Below, piece by piece: positions 13,800 through 27,791 of a DNA stretch of 64,000 bases. The position numbers and the translations under genes were made by a program. This stretch comes from Felis catus (taxonomy: Eukaryota), in NCBI RefSeq assembly GCF_018350175.1, contig NC_058368.1, forward strand, positions 31,250,001 through 31,314,000, given 5' to 3'. Below the pieces are notes generated by a model, which saw nothing but the letters and a program-made list of their open reading frames with translations, did not search any database and was not told the origin of the DNA. Every line of letters starts with the position of its first letter. The first letter of the stretch is position 1.

Positions 13800-16700
13800 G
13801 ACTAAACAAACTATTAAGAGGTCATTATTTTCCCTTAGATTGTGATTCAAATGCTTTTTGGAAACAAAGGTGACCTTGAGAAATTCTGGGGAAATTGTTT
13901 AGTTCTGTAAGTTCAAACAGAGCAAAGACCAAGTTTGCAAAATTCAGCAGTGAATAAAACTCTGAAACTCACTCTGCAAGTTTCAATTATTTTTTATAGT
14001 TCCTATGCATTTCTATAACATACCCAGAAGCTAGTCTGATGTCTCTTTTGCAAGTCCACTGAGGAAAAACAATACCTTTTTTGCAAATTGTTCTTCTTTC
14101 TATACACTAAGCAGAAAGGAAGATGGAAGCTATTATGTTGATATTTTAAGGGAAAAAAATCTTCCAACCATACACTTTAAATATCTTGCTAATTGAAGCA
14201 AAAGTAGTATATTTTTTTCTCTTTCCTATATTATCTGGAAAACTACCTTGATTATGGACTCTGCAGGCGTAGGAAGAACCTTCATCTAGAGAAGTAGAAT
14301 TCATGATTTATTCACATCTGTAATGCTAATGAGTCGTCAGTCTATGAGGAAAATTCGAGTCTATCAGTTATTCCAAGGGTACTGAAAGCTTTCTTTACAT
14401 CTAGCTGTTCATCTCTGTGACATTCCTGGAGGGCGTCTTTTGATAGTTGATTATTATTTGAAGTGGCAGGAGGCAGGCAACTTCAAACGAAGCAGCTTCT
14501 TCAGCCAGAACTAATAGTCTTGGGAAGATGCTTCCTATTCAAAATATACCTAAGTTTGTTGATTGTGACCACAGGAATTTGGGAGATATTATGAAACAGT
14601 GTATATTGGGGATGGGAGGGAAGGGAAGAATGGAAACGGTCTTGGAAACAAGTTCATACCAAGAATTAGCGGTATTCCCCATCAAAGAGAGATTTGCCAA
14701 GAATACAGTGTTTGTGAAGGATGTGATTAATTTTTTCCCTGAACGGAATCAATGAATTCACCTCTCAAAATGTAAAATGGTAGTATTCTAGAGGTAATAG
14801 AGATCCTATTACCTCTATAGAGGTAATAGAGTAAAATACCTCTACAGGTAATAGAATAAAATAAAGGTCTAAGCAGAGGAGGATAAACTGGGTATGAAAG
14901 TAAATAAACTATTCTTTTTCAACTCAAACAGCCCAATTTATTTACTTTCATATTGGTAATTCTACGCAGTCTTTAATTTGACAGAAACAACAACAACCAT
15001 AATAATAAAGTCATTATTAAACCCACTACCAGAAAGGATCCAGTTAGAGTTAGTTGCCACATGGAACCTTAAAATGTATATTAACACCAGGTGAACGGAA
15101 GTTTCACTGTCTAACACTGCAGCACATGGTTAGTGTTTAGAGTGCTCACCTCACACCATACTGAACATATACTTCTGGCCATTTCTGGACTCTTCCTTTC
15201 CACCACTCCACTATTTATTCCCCCTTTCTTCTCTTTTCCTTGGCAGTTAGCCATGAAGTGTGGTGTTAACACCTCTGCCATTACTTTGGTCCCACTGGAC
15301 ATGCCTCTGTTTCCATACCCACTATGTGGGGCAAGTTTGACTTATCTCCCTTTCTCTTCATTCTAGCTCTTTGGAATCTTTGTACCTTATTTTCACTTGG
15401 TTTGGTAGATTCAAAAATATTGATGAGATCAAGAGCACAAATAAATAAGGCTCAGAGGTAAAAGGCAAAACTACTAACGATCCTATCTTCTGTGTTTCAG
15501 GCACTTACTGAAGTAGCTACATCAAAGTTACTATTTGCTACTGTCTCTGGGTACCTTCGGAACCAGCAAATGCAAAATATTTGTGGCAAGTCTGCAGTTG
15601 AAAGGGAACCTAATGGTATTGTAAATCTTCTATCCAGGATGAAATTATCTTGTGAGAAGTGACACATTTGTGAACCATTCTCATAATTGCATCTGGGTGT
15701 GCATCTGTTTGTCTTAGTCACTCACAAAACCTGGTTTTCTGATGACCTAGCGACTCTACAATTTAAATCTCCATAAACTCACTGAAGGGCTACAAAAGGA
15801 AACAGAGCTGGAATCCACTTCAAGCAATTATCTGCTCAAGCACCATCTCCCATAGATCCACATGGAAATATCAGAATAGGGAGTAACATCTTAAGAGCTG
15901 AAAATGGAAATTGCTTCTTGGATTTAGGCTGTAATGATCTTATTCCTCCACAATCCCTTACTCCATAATTTAACTTTGCTTATTTTCCCTGGAGGATGTG
16001 ATCAACAACCATTTCTCATATGTTCCTTCTTATTCTGCTTTTCCTTTGCAGTATCCTCACATCCATAATCATCTACTTGCAAATAGCTAGTAAATAATCA
16101 TTTGGTCCTCTCTTTCACACATGAAATTGCCCATTATGCTTAGAGCAACTAACTCTTTATTGCATTATGATTTTAGTTGATTTGTTGATTGACAAACTGA
16201 TTTGCTCCTACAGTTTCCAGGATTCTTTTGACATGCCCATCATTTCTATCTTACTTGTGTCTCCTATCTGAACGCTCCTCAGCTTTCAACTCTTAACAGT
16301 GTATAAATCCAAACTGAATAATATCTGTGACCACTGCCAAATAAATAATTCATTGCAAATGAAATAATTAACCCTGACCCCTGCGTTTCAAGTTTCCTAC
16401 ATTCTATTGGCATTTTTGGTGAAAGTCCAAGTCAGTCAGCATGCTGCTCTCTGACTCTGCTGTACTTTTGTTTTCTCGATTTTCCCTCACCTTCATCAGT
16501 GTAGTCGCATGTGCATCTCTAAATGTACTATGTGTCTGATCAACTTATTTTCAGTTTGGGTGGTTCATTACACTATTTATGACTGCTAGTTATTTTAACT
16601 CAAGATTTTAATTAAATAACACAAGGTACATTTCTAGGATCTTCAGGTATATATAACAGATTAGACATACTTGTTCTGCAATCTCCACTGTTAGAGATTG

Positions 16701-17342
16701 CCAGCAAAATTAAAAATCTTAACACTAATGAGATGATGGTAACTACTCTAAACGTTGTATAAAACTCTGTGATAAGTTTACATGTACTTAGAATTCAATA
16801 GCAACCAGAATTTGGAAATCATCAACTTGGATTTTAGCAAATATTTCATGAGAAACTGACATGGTCTATAAGCAAAGATTAATCAAAGGTCATTTAGTAT
16901 TGTCATACTAAAGAGATGGTGCTACCGAAGACATTGAAGAAGTATCCTGGGCAAAAGCAATCAACTGTGCCCTAAGGCAGAAGCCAAGCTATTGGCAGAG
17001 AAGATTGATCAAGGACCCTGGGGACAGGCACTGCACCCCCACCAGACTCTGGTGTCCTATGTCTTTACTGGATCATCATCATCCACACAAAATATGCTTA
17101 AACTTAGTAAGCCTCTTTTTAAATAAAAATAGATTATGCTGTAATTTTGTGATAAGAGTTCTTTCTAAACATGTGTGATTCTTCCCTCTAAAAATATTCT
17201 TAATTAACAAATAAAACAAAATCATCCAGGATCTTGATGATATGTGGACCTCGAATTTCTATGTACCACACATAGAAAAAATATAGAACGCCAGTAAGAA
17301 AAAAAAAAAAATCAACATCTCTTCAAGAATATGGCCCAGGGA

Positions 17343-17575
17343 GGGGCGCCTGGGTGGCTCAGTCGGTTAAGCGGGCCGACTTCGGCTCGGGTCACGATCT
17401 CGCACTCTGTGAGTTCAAGCCCCGCATCAGGCTCTGTGCTGACAGCTCAGAGCCTGGATCCTGTTTCGGATTCTGTGTCTCCCTCTCTCTCTGACCCTCC
17501 CCCATTCATGCTCTGTCTCTCCCTGTCTCAAAAATAAATAAACGTTAAAAAAAATAAAAAATAAATAAAAAATAA
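17343..17575 (+). mobile_element. SINEC_Fc2-type CAN-SINE
   Basis: Perfect 18-bp TSD aagaatatggcccaggga. Confidence 0.97.
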
Positions 17576-19145
17576 AAGAATATGGCCCAGGGAAGCATAT
17601 CGGTGTAAATGCTAATTTGCGTATCGACCAATTGAATTGTCACCCTTTCTGGGGAATAGCCACAGCAGCAGTGCCTTCCCCTGGCATTAGCACAGTCTCT
17701 CAGTTCTCCTTTGGTTTGGAACCCCCTGATCTTAGTTCATCACAGGAGTAGAGTTAAATTTCTTCTCACAAGTGGCTTTTATTCAATTGTTGAGAATCCC
17801 CTTGTATTAGAGATGGCACTTTTCATTTTCCTGGTGAGTGCTCCAGGAGCAGTATAAGGATAAAGACCTTGTGCTATACATTTTGTATCCCTAGAACATT
17901 TTGCTATAAATAGAAAGCCTTTATACCACTGGAATGATTTTGAACAGACTTTCATTTATATAATCTTCCTCATTCTTATTTATATCAAATAGCCACAAAT
18001 AAACATGGACTGGTGTTTTCCCAACACTTCCCTAAACAAGTGAGAAATATTTTGATAACTAAAATGGCCTTGGGAAATTAAGCTGTGTGCAAAGACACCG
18101 AGTATCATCCTAAGAGAATGACATAGTTGAGTCCTATGATAGCCTCTTAAATAGCAGCAGGAAGGAATAGACAATGCCTCAATGTGCACATGATTTCCAG
18201 ACAGTTTGAAACATTGTACTGTCATGGGGACAGAAACCTAGTCCCAATTAGAGTCACTTTACAATATTTATTTTCTCCTTTCCCCCCCCCCCCACTGTAA
18301 TACATAGTTCCTCTTTTTAAAGAGGGTTGCCAAAGTTGGAGTGCCCACACCTCTTTGGAAGCCTATTCCTATGGAAATTATAGCATTTGTTTTATTCAGA
18401 TTCCGATAATGCCCTCCAGTAAACATTCTTGCAACAGCAGAGCTGTAGACTCTAAATCACTGGGTGCCATACCAGGAACTAAAAAAAGAAAAAAAATGTA
18501 TATAGAAGCTGAATCGTTTAAAATTAGACAGCACCAAAGCATTTGAGAATATGCTGTAGGGAATAATTTTGCTTTGCGTTAGGTAGCAGGATAAATACTT
18601 GTGTATCCTAATTTTATGATTTTTCTGCCATGGTAATGACATTGTGAAAATGGAGTACTGCTTTCTTGGGAATAGGAGCACAGATACATCTGCTGACCTA
18701 CAGAAAACTTCTAAAACATGAAAAGCCTAGGGGGAATTCAGTGCCAGGTGGCAGCAAGTATTTCTAGTTAGCTCTCCTCTCAAATGCCTGTCACTGCAGG
18801 TGAACAGCCACAGCCACTGACAGGGATCTGGAGGGCAGCTGTAGTGCAGGTAGTAGAAGTTGCCTGCATTCTTTAGAGAATCCCTACTGACATTTGAATA
18901 TTCAATTGTGGTTCACAGAAGTAAGCAACTTGAAAGAATGGTGATCATGAATTTGCTATTGCTTTAGCAAGTTGTAATTTTAAGTTGCCCTTGTCCCAAT
19001 GATGTTGCTTACTATGGCCTTTTAGTCAATAAGGACTTAACGTTCAGCTGCTGTTTCTAGCACTTTGCTGAGATCTTTTGGCAGAAGATATGACAGTCCT
19101 TCCCTCAAGGAGCTGTAAATGAAGTCATTGTTTCTTAATTGCCTT

Positions 19146-19795
19146 AAAAACATTTTTTAAGGTAAAATTCACCTGAAATACAATTAGCCATTTTAAAGTA
19201 CACATTTCAGTAATACTCATCATGTTGTACAGCAACCAGCTCCCTCTAGCTTCAAAACTTTTTATCTCCTCATTAAAATACCCAGTACCCATTAAGTAAT
19301 CACTCCCCAACCCCCCAATTCTGTGGTAACCCCAAATCTACTTTCTTTATCCATAGATTTGCCTGTACTGAATATATTTGTATTTACAGAAATCATGCAA
19401 TGTATCTTTTGTTTTTTGCTTCTTACACTTAACCATAATGCTTTCGAGGCTCATTCAAGTTATAGTATGTATCCATGCTTTGTTCCTTTTTATAGCTGCA
19501 TTCCACTGTGTGTACGTACACCACAATTTCTTTATCCATTCATCCACTGATGGACATTTGTATTGTTCCTATCTTTTGGATATGATGCATAATGCTACTA
19601 TAAATATTTGTGTGTAAGTTTCCTTGTGGACATGTATTTTCATTTTTCATTGGTATATAGTTGAGCATGAATTGCTGGGTCATATGGTAATGCTGTATTT
19701 AACCTCTCGAAGAACCACAAAACAATTTTCCGCCATGCTTCACTATTTTACATTCCCACCAACAGTGTATGAAGGTTCATATTTTTCCACAACCT
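19146..19795 (-). mobile_element. L1MB-like 3' end (non-inverted part of a twin-primed L1)
   Basis: Antisense L1 3' UTR/ORF2 end (tacccagtacccattaagtaatcactcccc; gaattgctgggtcatatggtaa; ttttacattcccaccaacagtgtatgaaggttc). Confidence 0.85.
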
Positions 19796-19844
19796 AACAG
19801 ATGATACACATAAAATATTGATATAATTCTTATCATTTTAAAAC

Positions 19845-20785
19845 TTTATAGCTATAAATCACAAAAGAAGAAATCTCAAATCAAAAACCTAACTTTGTAC
19901 CTTAAGAAATTAGAAAAAGTAGAGCAAACTAAACCCAAAGGCAGAAGTATGAAAATAATAAAGATTTGGGTGAATATAAACAAAATGGAGAATGGAAAAA
20001 ACAATAGAAGCAGCAAAAAAACTTGTTTCTTTGTAAAGAACAACAAAATTAACAAGGCTTGAGTCAGAGTAGGAAAAAAGGAGAGAAGACACAAGTAACT
20101 AAAATCAGCAATAAAATTACTACTGAATTTGGAGAAATAAAATGGATTATATGATAATATGAACAAGTGTTCACCAAATGAGATAATCTAGATGAAATGG
20201 AAAAACTCCTAGAAATGCACAAATCTTAAAACTGGCTCAAGAAGAAATAGAAAATCTCAAGAGACCTATAACAAGTAACAAAATCAGATCAGTAATCAAA
20301 ATCCTCCCAATAAAGAATAGTTCACGACCAGATGGCTCCACTGCTGAGTTCTACCAAACATTTAAAAAATTAACACCAATCCTACTTAAACTCTTCCAAA
20401 AAAATAGAAGAGGAGATATATTTCCTAACACATTCTAGGATGCCAGCATTACCCTGAACTAAAGCCAGACAAAGATACCACAAGAAAACTTAGACCAATA
20501 TCCCTTATGTATAGGGACAAACAACTTCTCAATAAAATACTGGCAAACCAAATTCAATAGCATATTAAAAAGATTAGACTCTGTGACCAATGGGATTTAT
20601 CCCAGGAATGCTAGGAGTGTCCAACATAAGAAAATTAGTTACTGTCACACATCACATTTAGAACATGAAGAGAGAAAAAATTACATGATGATCTCAATAA
20701 CTACAGAAAAGCATTTAAACAAATCAAACACCCCCTTCATGATAAAAAACTCTAAGCAAATCAGGAATAGAAGACTTTCTTAATT
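19845..20785 (+). mobile_element. L1 ORF2 internal fragment (inverted part of the same insertion)
   Basis: Sense ORF2 sequence (gatgaaatggaaaaactcctagaa; gaccagatggctccactgctgagttctaccaaacattt; gggatttatcccaggaatgc). Shares a 15-bp TSD with the 19146-19795 piece. Confidence 0.85.
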
Positions 20786-20934
20786 TCCTTCTTAGCAAAT
20801 TAGTTTTGTTGTTGTTGTTTTCTTTCCTTCTCTCAATTATTGGCAAGTGTAAAGGCAATTCCCTTCAATTTAAGTATACATTGTATTCATCAGGCATTGA
20901 CAAAACACTGATGCTTTAAATAAAATTACCAAAT

Positions 20935-21890
20935 TCTAAAATCTGTAACTCCCCAAAATAATTAGTATTTCTTTCTCAGAGGAGGATGACCTGGGCTTGG
21001 CTCAAAGCTTTAAGCTGGGTTCTGTTTGACCTTACATGTCTCTTTCATTTATCTTAGACTAGTGAATAACTAACATAGACCAGTCTATGCATCCAGGGCC
21101 AGTTCTTCTTGATAAGAGATCATAGGGATTCAAGATTATAAATAGAAATACATGTTGTTTCTTAAGGCATTGGCTCCAGACTAGCACATCTTCACTTTTG
21201 CTCAAATATAATTAATCAAAGGGAAAAAAGTATATTACAAGCCCAATATCAATGGAGGAAGTAAATATAAACCTTGTTAAACTGCAGTATCACATGGCAG
21301 CAATGAAAGGAGAGTTGAGAATAATACAATTCACTAAAAGCCTGTCATAATAATAATGGAATATGGAATAAATAAACAGCATAAGAAAGGAGAGAGGGAC
21401 AAATACCAGGAATGAGGGATGCTCTGTAAAGAAATATTTATATGAAAAATAGGCTAATTTCTGCAACACATGATCTGAAAATCTCAGGGGCTTAAAAAAA
21501 AAAAAGCTTATTTCTCACTCACTCAGAATCAAGTGTGAATGTTCCTGGTCTGCTGGCTTTTTGGGTGGCTGTCATCCAAGCAGTGACTTAGATATTCAGG
21601 CTGTTCCCATTTTCAAGTTTATCCTTCTGTTATCTGTCTTGCAGCCAGGAAGAGGAGAGGATAAGAAGAAAATGTTTGCCAAAAGCATTCAAGTTATTTA
21701 ACCATCTTGCCCTGGCAGTAACATACAACTTCAGCTCACATTCTATCAACCAGAATAAGTCACATGACTTCACCTATATGCAAAGGTGGGAGCTGGTAAA
21801 TGCAGTCCCTGGCTGAACATTGAATAGTCAACTACATCATTACTCTGAGGGCAGCAGAATCCCTGGTGATCCATTAGCTCTTTGGCTTAA
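20935..21890 (-). mobile_element. Two adjacent old MaLR LTR remnants (MLT1J/K-like)
   Basis: aaatctcaggggcttaa...ttatttctcactcac, and ctcacattctatcaaccagaataagtcacatgac...tgcaaagg..gctggtaaatgcagtc. A weaker similar copy lies at 20935-21340. Confidence 0.55.
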
Positions 21891-22169
21891 AAAAGAAAAG
21901 TGGAATACACATTTTTGACTAGGAATCCCTCTCTATCCCAAAGTTAATGTAGAATAGAAGCTTTGTAATTGCAACTAAACTCTCTTTTGTTTTATTTTTA
22001 TAAGAACAGAGGAGTGTGCAAATTGGTTTAAGTCAAACTACAATGATTTCTCGAAAAATCAAGAACTATAATAATCACTAGCATCTACCTAATATTTTCG
22101 TTTTACTATTGATATTAACACATATTATTTAAACTGTACCCCAAATTTGTGCCTTTTTGTTTAGTGTAA

Positions 22170-22757
22170 TACCAAGAATGACCACTATAAATGACTTCAC
22201 AAAGAGATATACTAAAAAAACACAAATAAGTCATAATGGAATCCTAAAGTATGTTCTAGTAACCCATAGGGAGACAATATAAAATAAATTTAGGTACAAG
22301 AATAGAACAAGCAAACAGCAAACAAATAATAAAATGTCAGACTTAAGTCCTAGCATAACAATAATTATCTTAAGTATAAGTGGTCTAAATATATCAATCA
22401 AAAGACAAGCATCAGCAGAGTGGACAAAAAAAAAAAAAACACATGATTTGACTGTATGTCATACAAGAAACCTGCTCCAAATTAGAGGACAAAAGTAGAT
22501 TTAAGTAAAAGGATGGAAAAAGCTATACCATGAAAACATTAAGCAAACAAGCAGGAGTGAATGGCTATATTAAATGAAGACTACAAAGCAAATTACTAAA
22601 CACAATAATGGGCATTGTATACTGATAAAAAGATAAAATCCTTGCATGATGATGCACAATGCTAAATGTGTACCAACCAAACACCAGAAGCTCAAAATAA
22701 CAGTAAAAAGAAATTGACAAATCCACAATTATCATTGGAAATTTCAACACCCCACTA
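22170..22757 (+). mobile_element. Old L1M fragment: inter-ORF region and ORF2 endonuclease start
   Basis: aatgtcagacttaagtcctagcataacaataattatcttaagtataagtggtctaaat... ending ttggaaatttcaacaccccact (GDFNTPL-like). Confidence 0.75.
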
Positions 22758-23425
22758 GGGAACATTCACTCCAGGACTTCGGTTCTTTCTAAACTTCTTG
22801 CTTTGCCATTCTCTAGAACAGTGCCCTCATGTAACTAGAAAAATCTAGGTTACTAATCAACTCTTATTTTAGAATGAGAAAGAAAAATGGGGCTAAATCC
22901 AGGGAAAGTTATTTTATGTATGCATTTACATTAGACATAGTCCAGACATCTCACACATCACTTTAATTTCCCATTAATTAGACCTTGATCTCATAACCAC
23001 ATCTGGCCAAATGGGGACTATAATCTCTAATTGGATGCCCTACACCCAAAAACAAGAGAAGAATAATTACTGAATCATTTATGAAGAACCGTTACATAGA
23101 GAACCAACGTAGGTAAACAAAAGCCGTAAATGTAAAGTAAGAGCTTTATGACTGGGACAAATAGGGGGAAAATAGAAAGGTTATAGACTTAAAAAAAACA
23201 ACTAGATGGTAAATCATAAATTCACACCCACTAAAAAAAACTAAGATTACTAGTTAAAAAAGAACAAAATGAAATCTAAAAGAAACATCTTTGAAATGTA
23301 AGAATATAAATAGCTTAAAGACATAGATCTGTATCTTTATCTGGAAGCATGCTGTACCATATGTAAAAATTTATTGAGCTCTTACCTTAAAATGAGTACA
23401 TTTTATGTACTTTGTGAAGTCTGAC

Positions 23426-24090
23426 TGTTTGGACAGAAAGGTTTAATACAGCATGTCTTGGTTGCTCAAAACCTGCTTATTCCAAAAAAAGTCTCTCTTT
23501 AGGATTGACCCTTGGCCCACTCTTAGCACATAGCTTCTGAGCTCTTGGAATATTCTGCCTGCTAGGACAGTTTTGTATGCCTGAAGCCTTTGGCCTGGCA
23601 GGATTTATGATGAATGCCTGTTTTTATATGCTTGAAAACTTTGGGCCATGCTGTACTATTTTGATCAAGTAATTTTAACTAACAATGTGATTTATGGTGA
23701 ATGCATGTTTTTTTCACTGGAGTTGAAGAATGGGAGAGAGCCTGAAGGCTGAGGTCAGTAATACAGGTGCTATATACCTATGTGACCAACCCCCAATAAA
23801 AACCCAGGACAGCAGACCTGGTTGAGCTTCCCCGGTTGGCAAATCCTTGCCAGAGTTGTCAGACATTGTTGCTGGGAGAATTAAGTGCATCCACACGTCA
23901 CTCTACTCACGGGGGGAGACACCAGAAAGCTGATGCTGGTTTCCTCCTGGAATTTGACCACCTGTTTTTTTCCCCTTGTGGGCTTTGGTCTGTATTCTCT
24001 GCAGTAATAAACTGTAACCATGAGTATAATGGCTTCCTGTGAGTATTATATATCCCTCTTACATATCAAGGTTGTGGTTGACCTTTTCAA
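23426..24090 (+). mobile_element. ERVL-type solo LTR, MER77/MER21-family-like
   Basis: aaaggtttaatacagc...gttgctcaaaacctg...cttggaatattctgcctg...cctatgtgaccaacccccaataaaaaccc...gtaataaactgtaaccatgagtataa. Confidence 0.8.
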
Positions 24091-24169
24091 TAAAAAAGTG
24101 AAAAAAAGAGAAAAGATGCAATGAAAGAGTAAATGCTTTTAAAAGAAAAAGCTAGAGAATTGAGAAAGG

Positions 24170-24360
24170 AACAAACTGACAGTTAACAGAGGGGAGCTGG
24201 TTGGGGGAGAAGTTAAATGGGTGATGGGAATTAAGGAGTGCACTTGTTCTGAAGAGCACTGGGGTGTTTTATGGAAGAGTGGAATGACTATACTGTCCAC
24301 CTGAAAGTGATATTACACTGTATGTTAACTGGTATTTAAGTAAAAATTTTTTTAAAAAGC
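24170..24360 (+). mobile_element. 5'-truncated L1_Carn 3' end
   Basis: gggtgatgggaattaaggagtgcacttg...gagcactggggtg...atattacactgtatgttaact followed by an A-rich tail. Confidence 0.75.
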
Positions 24361-24699
24361 AAAATTTTAATTTATTTGTGTCCTTAAAGTATTAAAGCAA
24401 AGAATTCAAGATCTATGGAGTCTATAGTTCGAATATGCTTGTGACCAAGAGGGATGTGAGCCATGTACCTAAGTGATTTAGAAAGGAATAAATGATTATT
24501 AAAGGGCAAAAGATAGTAATAGTCATGATTAAAGAGACTGATTTAGAATTTCTTTGAATATCAGACTTTATTTGTAGAAAGCCTGATTTGTTCTTACTAG
24601 GAACAGAATAAAAGTGTACTTAGTTTCAAAAACTAGCAGCTAAAAATATATGTATTTTGGTCACCTCATGTTTAGTCTCTATCTGATGAATTAGAACTG

Positions 24700-24960
24700 T
24701 TCATTCACCAAGCATTCACTAAGTATCACTTAGGTTGTTATTTTGTCATGCCCTTTTGTGTGCCCAGCTTGGTGCTCTTAGTTGAAGCATACAGGGAAAA
24801 ATAAGATATGGCTCTGGCCTTCAAGATTCCCTGTATATTTGGGCAAATAGGCATGCAGATAAATAGGTCTATAACTGACGTATGAGGAACTTTGGTGACA
24901 CAAAGAAGAAGCATCTACTTCTGGCAAAAAAGCAGAAAGGAAGTTACTAGAAAAATGGGT
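24700..24960 (-). mobile_element. L2 3' end fragment
   Basis: tcattcaccaagcattcactaagtatc...aataagatatggctctggccttcaag. Confidence 0.45.
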
Positions 24961-26772
24961 GATGATGCATGTACATTGGTACTATTTGTCTCTTGATAAT
25001 ACATGGGTGAGCCACAAGGAGTCCTAGGAATGAGACCCATTGGTTATCAATAAACCACCTCTTAACAAGAAAATCATAATCCAATGCCTCAGACAAGAAC
25101 TTTCTGGCATACTTTTATGGTGTTTATAGTGATGGCAACTTAAATAATAACAGAATAGAATTAACAAAGAGAAGCGATATTCATATTTTATACATCAGTA
25201 TGGTAGAGAAGAACTTTCAATAGCCTTCTCTCCTCATGAAGGTTTAAGAGTGATAAGGAACAGAAATATTATTACATAAAGCAATTTCAGATACTAATAT
25301 ACTTGTTTACAAAGCTAAATATGGGTATATGGTTTCCAGGAATTCAGAGTAAAACAAAAAACATTATTTAAAAAAAATAAAACTTTTCAGTATCATCACA
25401 TTATTTTACCACATTCCAGAATTGTACTAGGTACTAGGTACTAGGTAGAGGGAACATAAAATTAAAATCGGTATGGTTCTTACTTTCACAAACTCACACA
25501 CAATGGAGAAGGCAGAAAACTTAAAAACAATTCTAATACATTATGTATTATTGCATTAGAAGTGCCCTGACCTCCATAGACTGGGAATAATTACAATATT
25601 ACTAAAATATGTAGCAGTAAAATAAAGCAATTATCAAAACTAACATAAATAGGACAGAAGTCCCTAGAAAATTCTTCAGAAGACTAAACACTAAAAATGG
25701 GGCTCATTCTATGATTATATTCACTTTTTCATCTCTTCCATATGCTTTATATATATTTTAAAGCAAGAAGGTCAATGAGACTTCCCTCGAGAGCTCCAGC
25801 TAAGCTCTATTTGTACATATCATCAGAGAGGCAATGCTGTCACGCAGATGGCCCCCTGGTCTGGGCAGCTTGACGAAAGTGTCTTTGTGTTCCTAATTAA
25901 CTAGTGAACAACTGTGCCAATTGCTTTGATACATTTGAAACCTTCTGTTCTCAGACTTTTGATGTGCTGTTTATTCAGGAGCAATACCTGCCTGCTTTAC
26001 TGGCCCCAGCACACCACTTTTACAGGGCAGAGCTGTCGTGAGATTGACAAGGATTCCTCAGTTCCAAGAAAGAAGATCATGAGGAAGCACTAACCATATT
26101 CAGGTAGTCTACTTTAGATCTCACTGACGAAAGGATCAAGTCTATGACTACTGACTGAAAATATTTTCTGGCAGTAACTCAATAGATCTAGGGCTCACAG
26201 TTCAGTAATGAGCTGCCATACCAACTCCTTTGATTCTGGGAGTTCCCAAATCGGTAGCAGTATTTAAAGAAGCAAGGTTTCAAGGATCTTAACTCTTGAA
26301 AAGATTAGTAGTAAATTAGATGCTGACATAGGAAGTAAATTAGAACATCAAGTGATACTAGATTAATAAATGTTAAAGAGTATGCCAAATTATATTTAGC
26401 ATACAAAAGGAAAGATAAATGTTAATAAAGCCCAGAGTCCCAGATCACTTTTGTGCATATAAATGTGTGAAATGTAATGGGAGGGACACAGGTTAGTAGC
26501 TTTTTAAAAATTTCCTTGACTGAGTGTAATGTAGACAGTCTTGAGGCCATGTGATAAAGTCTTTTTCACTGATAGGCCTATCAAGTTTTTAAAAAAGGAC
26601 ATTTTTCAAAATTAAAAATTCTAAGTCCTCAAGTATATATTTGGAAAGGCTCCTTATATGCATCAGAACTAGTGTTTATGATGAAGAAGGAAAGAAGTGA
26701 TGCCACTGTCTAATCCTAAAACAAATTCGAAAAGCAGTCAATTTGTTTCATCTTAATAAAGGAGAATGTTTT

Positions 26773-26976
26773 GGTACATTTTTTTTTTGAGAGAGAGAGA
26801 GAGAGAGAGAAAACGCTCACAAGTGAGGGAGAATGACAAATGAGAGAGAGAATCTTGAGCAGGTTCCACTATCAGTGCAGAGCCCAACATGTGACTGAAT
26901 CCCATGACTCTGGGATCATGACCTGAGCGAAATCGAGAGCTGCATACTCAACTGATTGAGCCACTCAGGTGTCCCG
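26773..26976 (-). mobile_element. Older CAN-SINE
   Basis: TSD taaaggagaat(g/a)ttt. Confidence 0.88.
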
Positions 26977-26996
26977 CTAAAGGAGAATATTTCAAT

Positions 26997-27202
26997 CAAG
27001 ATATCTTAACCTTGTCACTGTTGACATTTGGACTGGATAATTCTTTGTTGTGGGGGATGGTCCTGTGCATCAGAAGATGTTTAGCAGCATCTCTAGATTT
27101 TGCTCACTTGATACCAATAGCACTCACCCCCATTTTGACAATAAATAACGTCTCTAAGCATTGCAAACTGCCATCAGGGGCAAAATTGTTTGAGAATCAC
27201 TG
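26997..27202. mobile_element. MER20 hAT-Charlie MITE
   Basis: ttgacatttggactggataattctttgttgtggggg...gatgtttagcagcatc...ggggcaaaattgtttgagaatcactg. Confidence 0.88.
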
Positions 27203-27231
27203 GTTTCAATTAGAAACAAAGGATTTATAAT

Positions 27232-27754
27232 CTGCTGTAGAATATGGTACATAATTGTCTCTACCTGCTTCTCTCCTCCAAATACAACTATCAACTTTTT
27301 TAATGACAAGAGAGGACCAAAGAAGAACTTGGAAATGTAGTAATAGGAAAGGAAACTGTTCAGGGATCCCAGTACTGTAGCAACAATATAGCAGCATGGT
27401 TCTTATAAAATTTCACCCAACAAATGAAAACAACCCAAGTCCATGGTTTTCATTCCCTACCAAAGAACTGAAGGTGGATAAGGCAAACTCATTTCTTGCT
27501 AGGACCCAGTGAGAGTGCCACCATCAACATAAGGCTATTCCCATAGAACCAGCAAAGAGGATCATTTCTCCATTTTCCATACTAACAATAATAGGACAGG
27601 GAAAGAGCTCACTTTTTGTATTACACTTGAGGCTCCCTTCACCCCACTTACTCAGTGGCACTGCATAGTAATGGGACATTAGGACACCACTTGATGGTGC
27701 CTTACAAGCCACTAGCTCATTATTAGAATGGAGATGATAGCAAATAGAATTATA

Positions 27755-27791
<37 letters not shown>

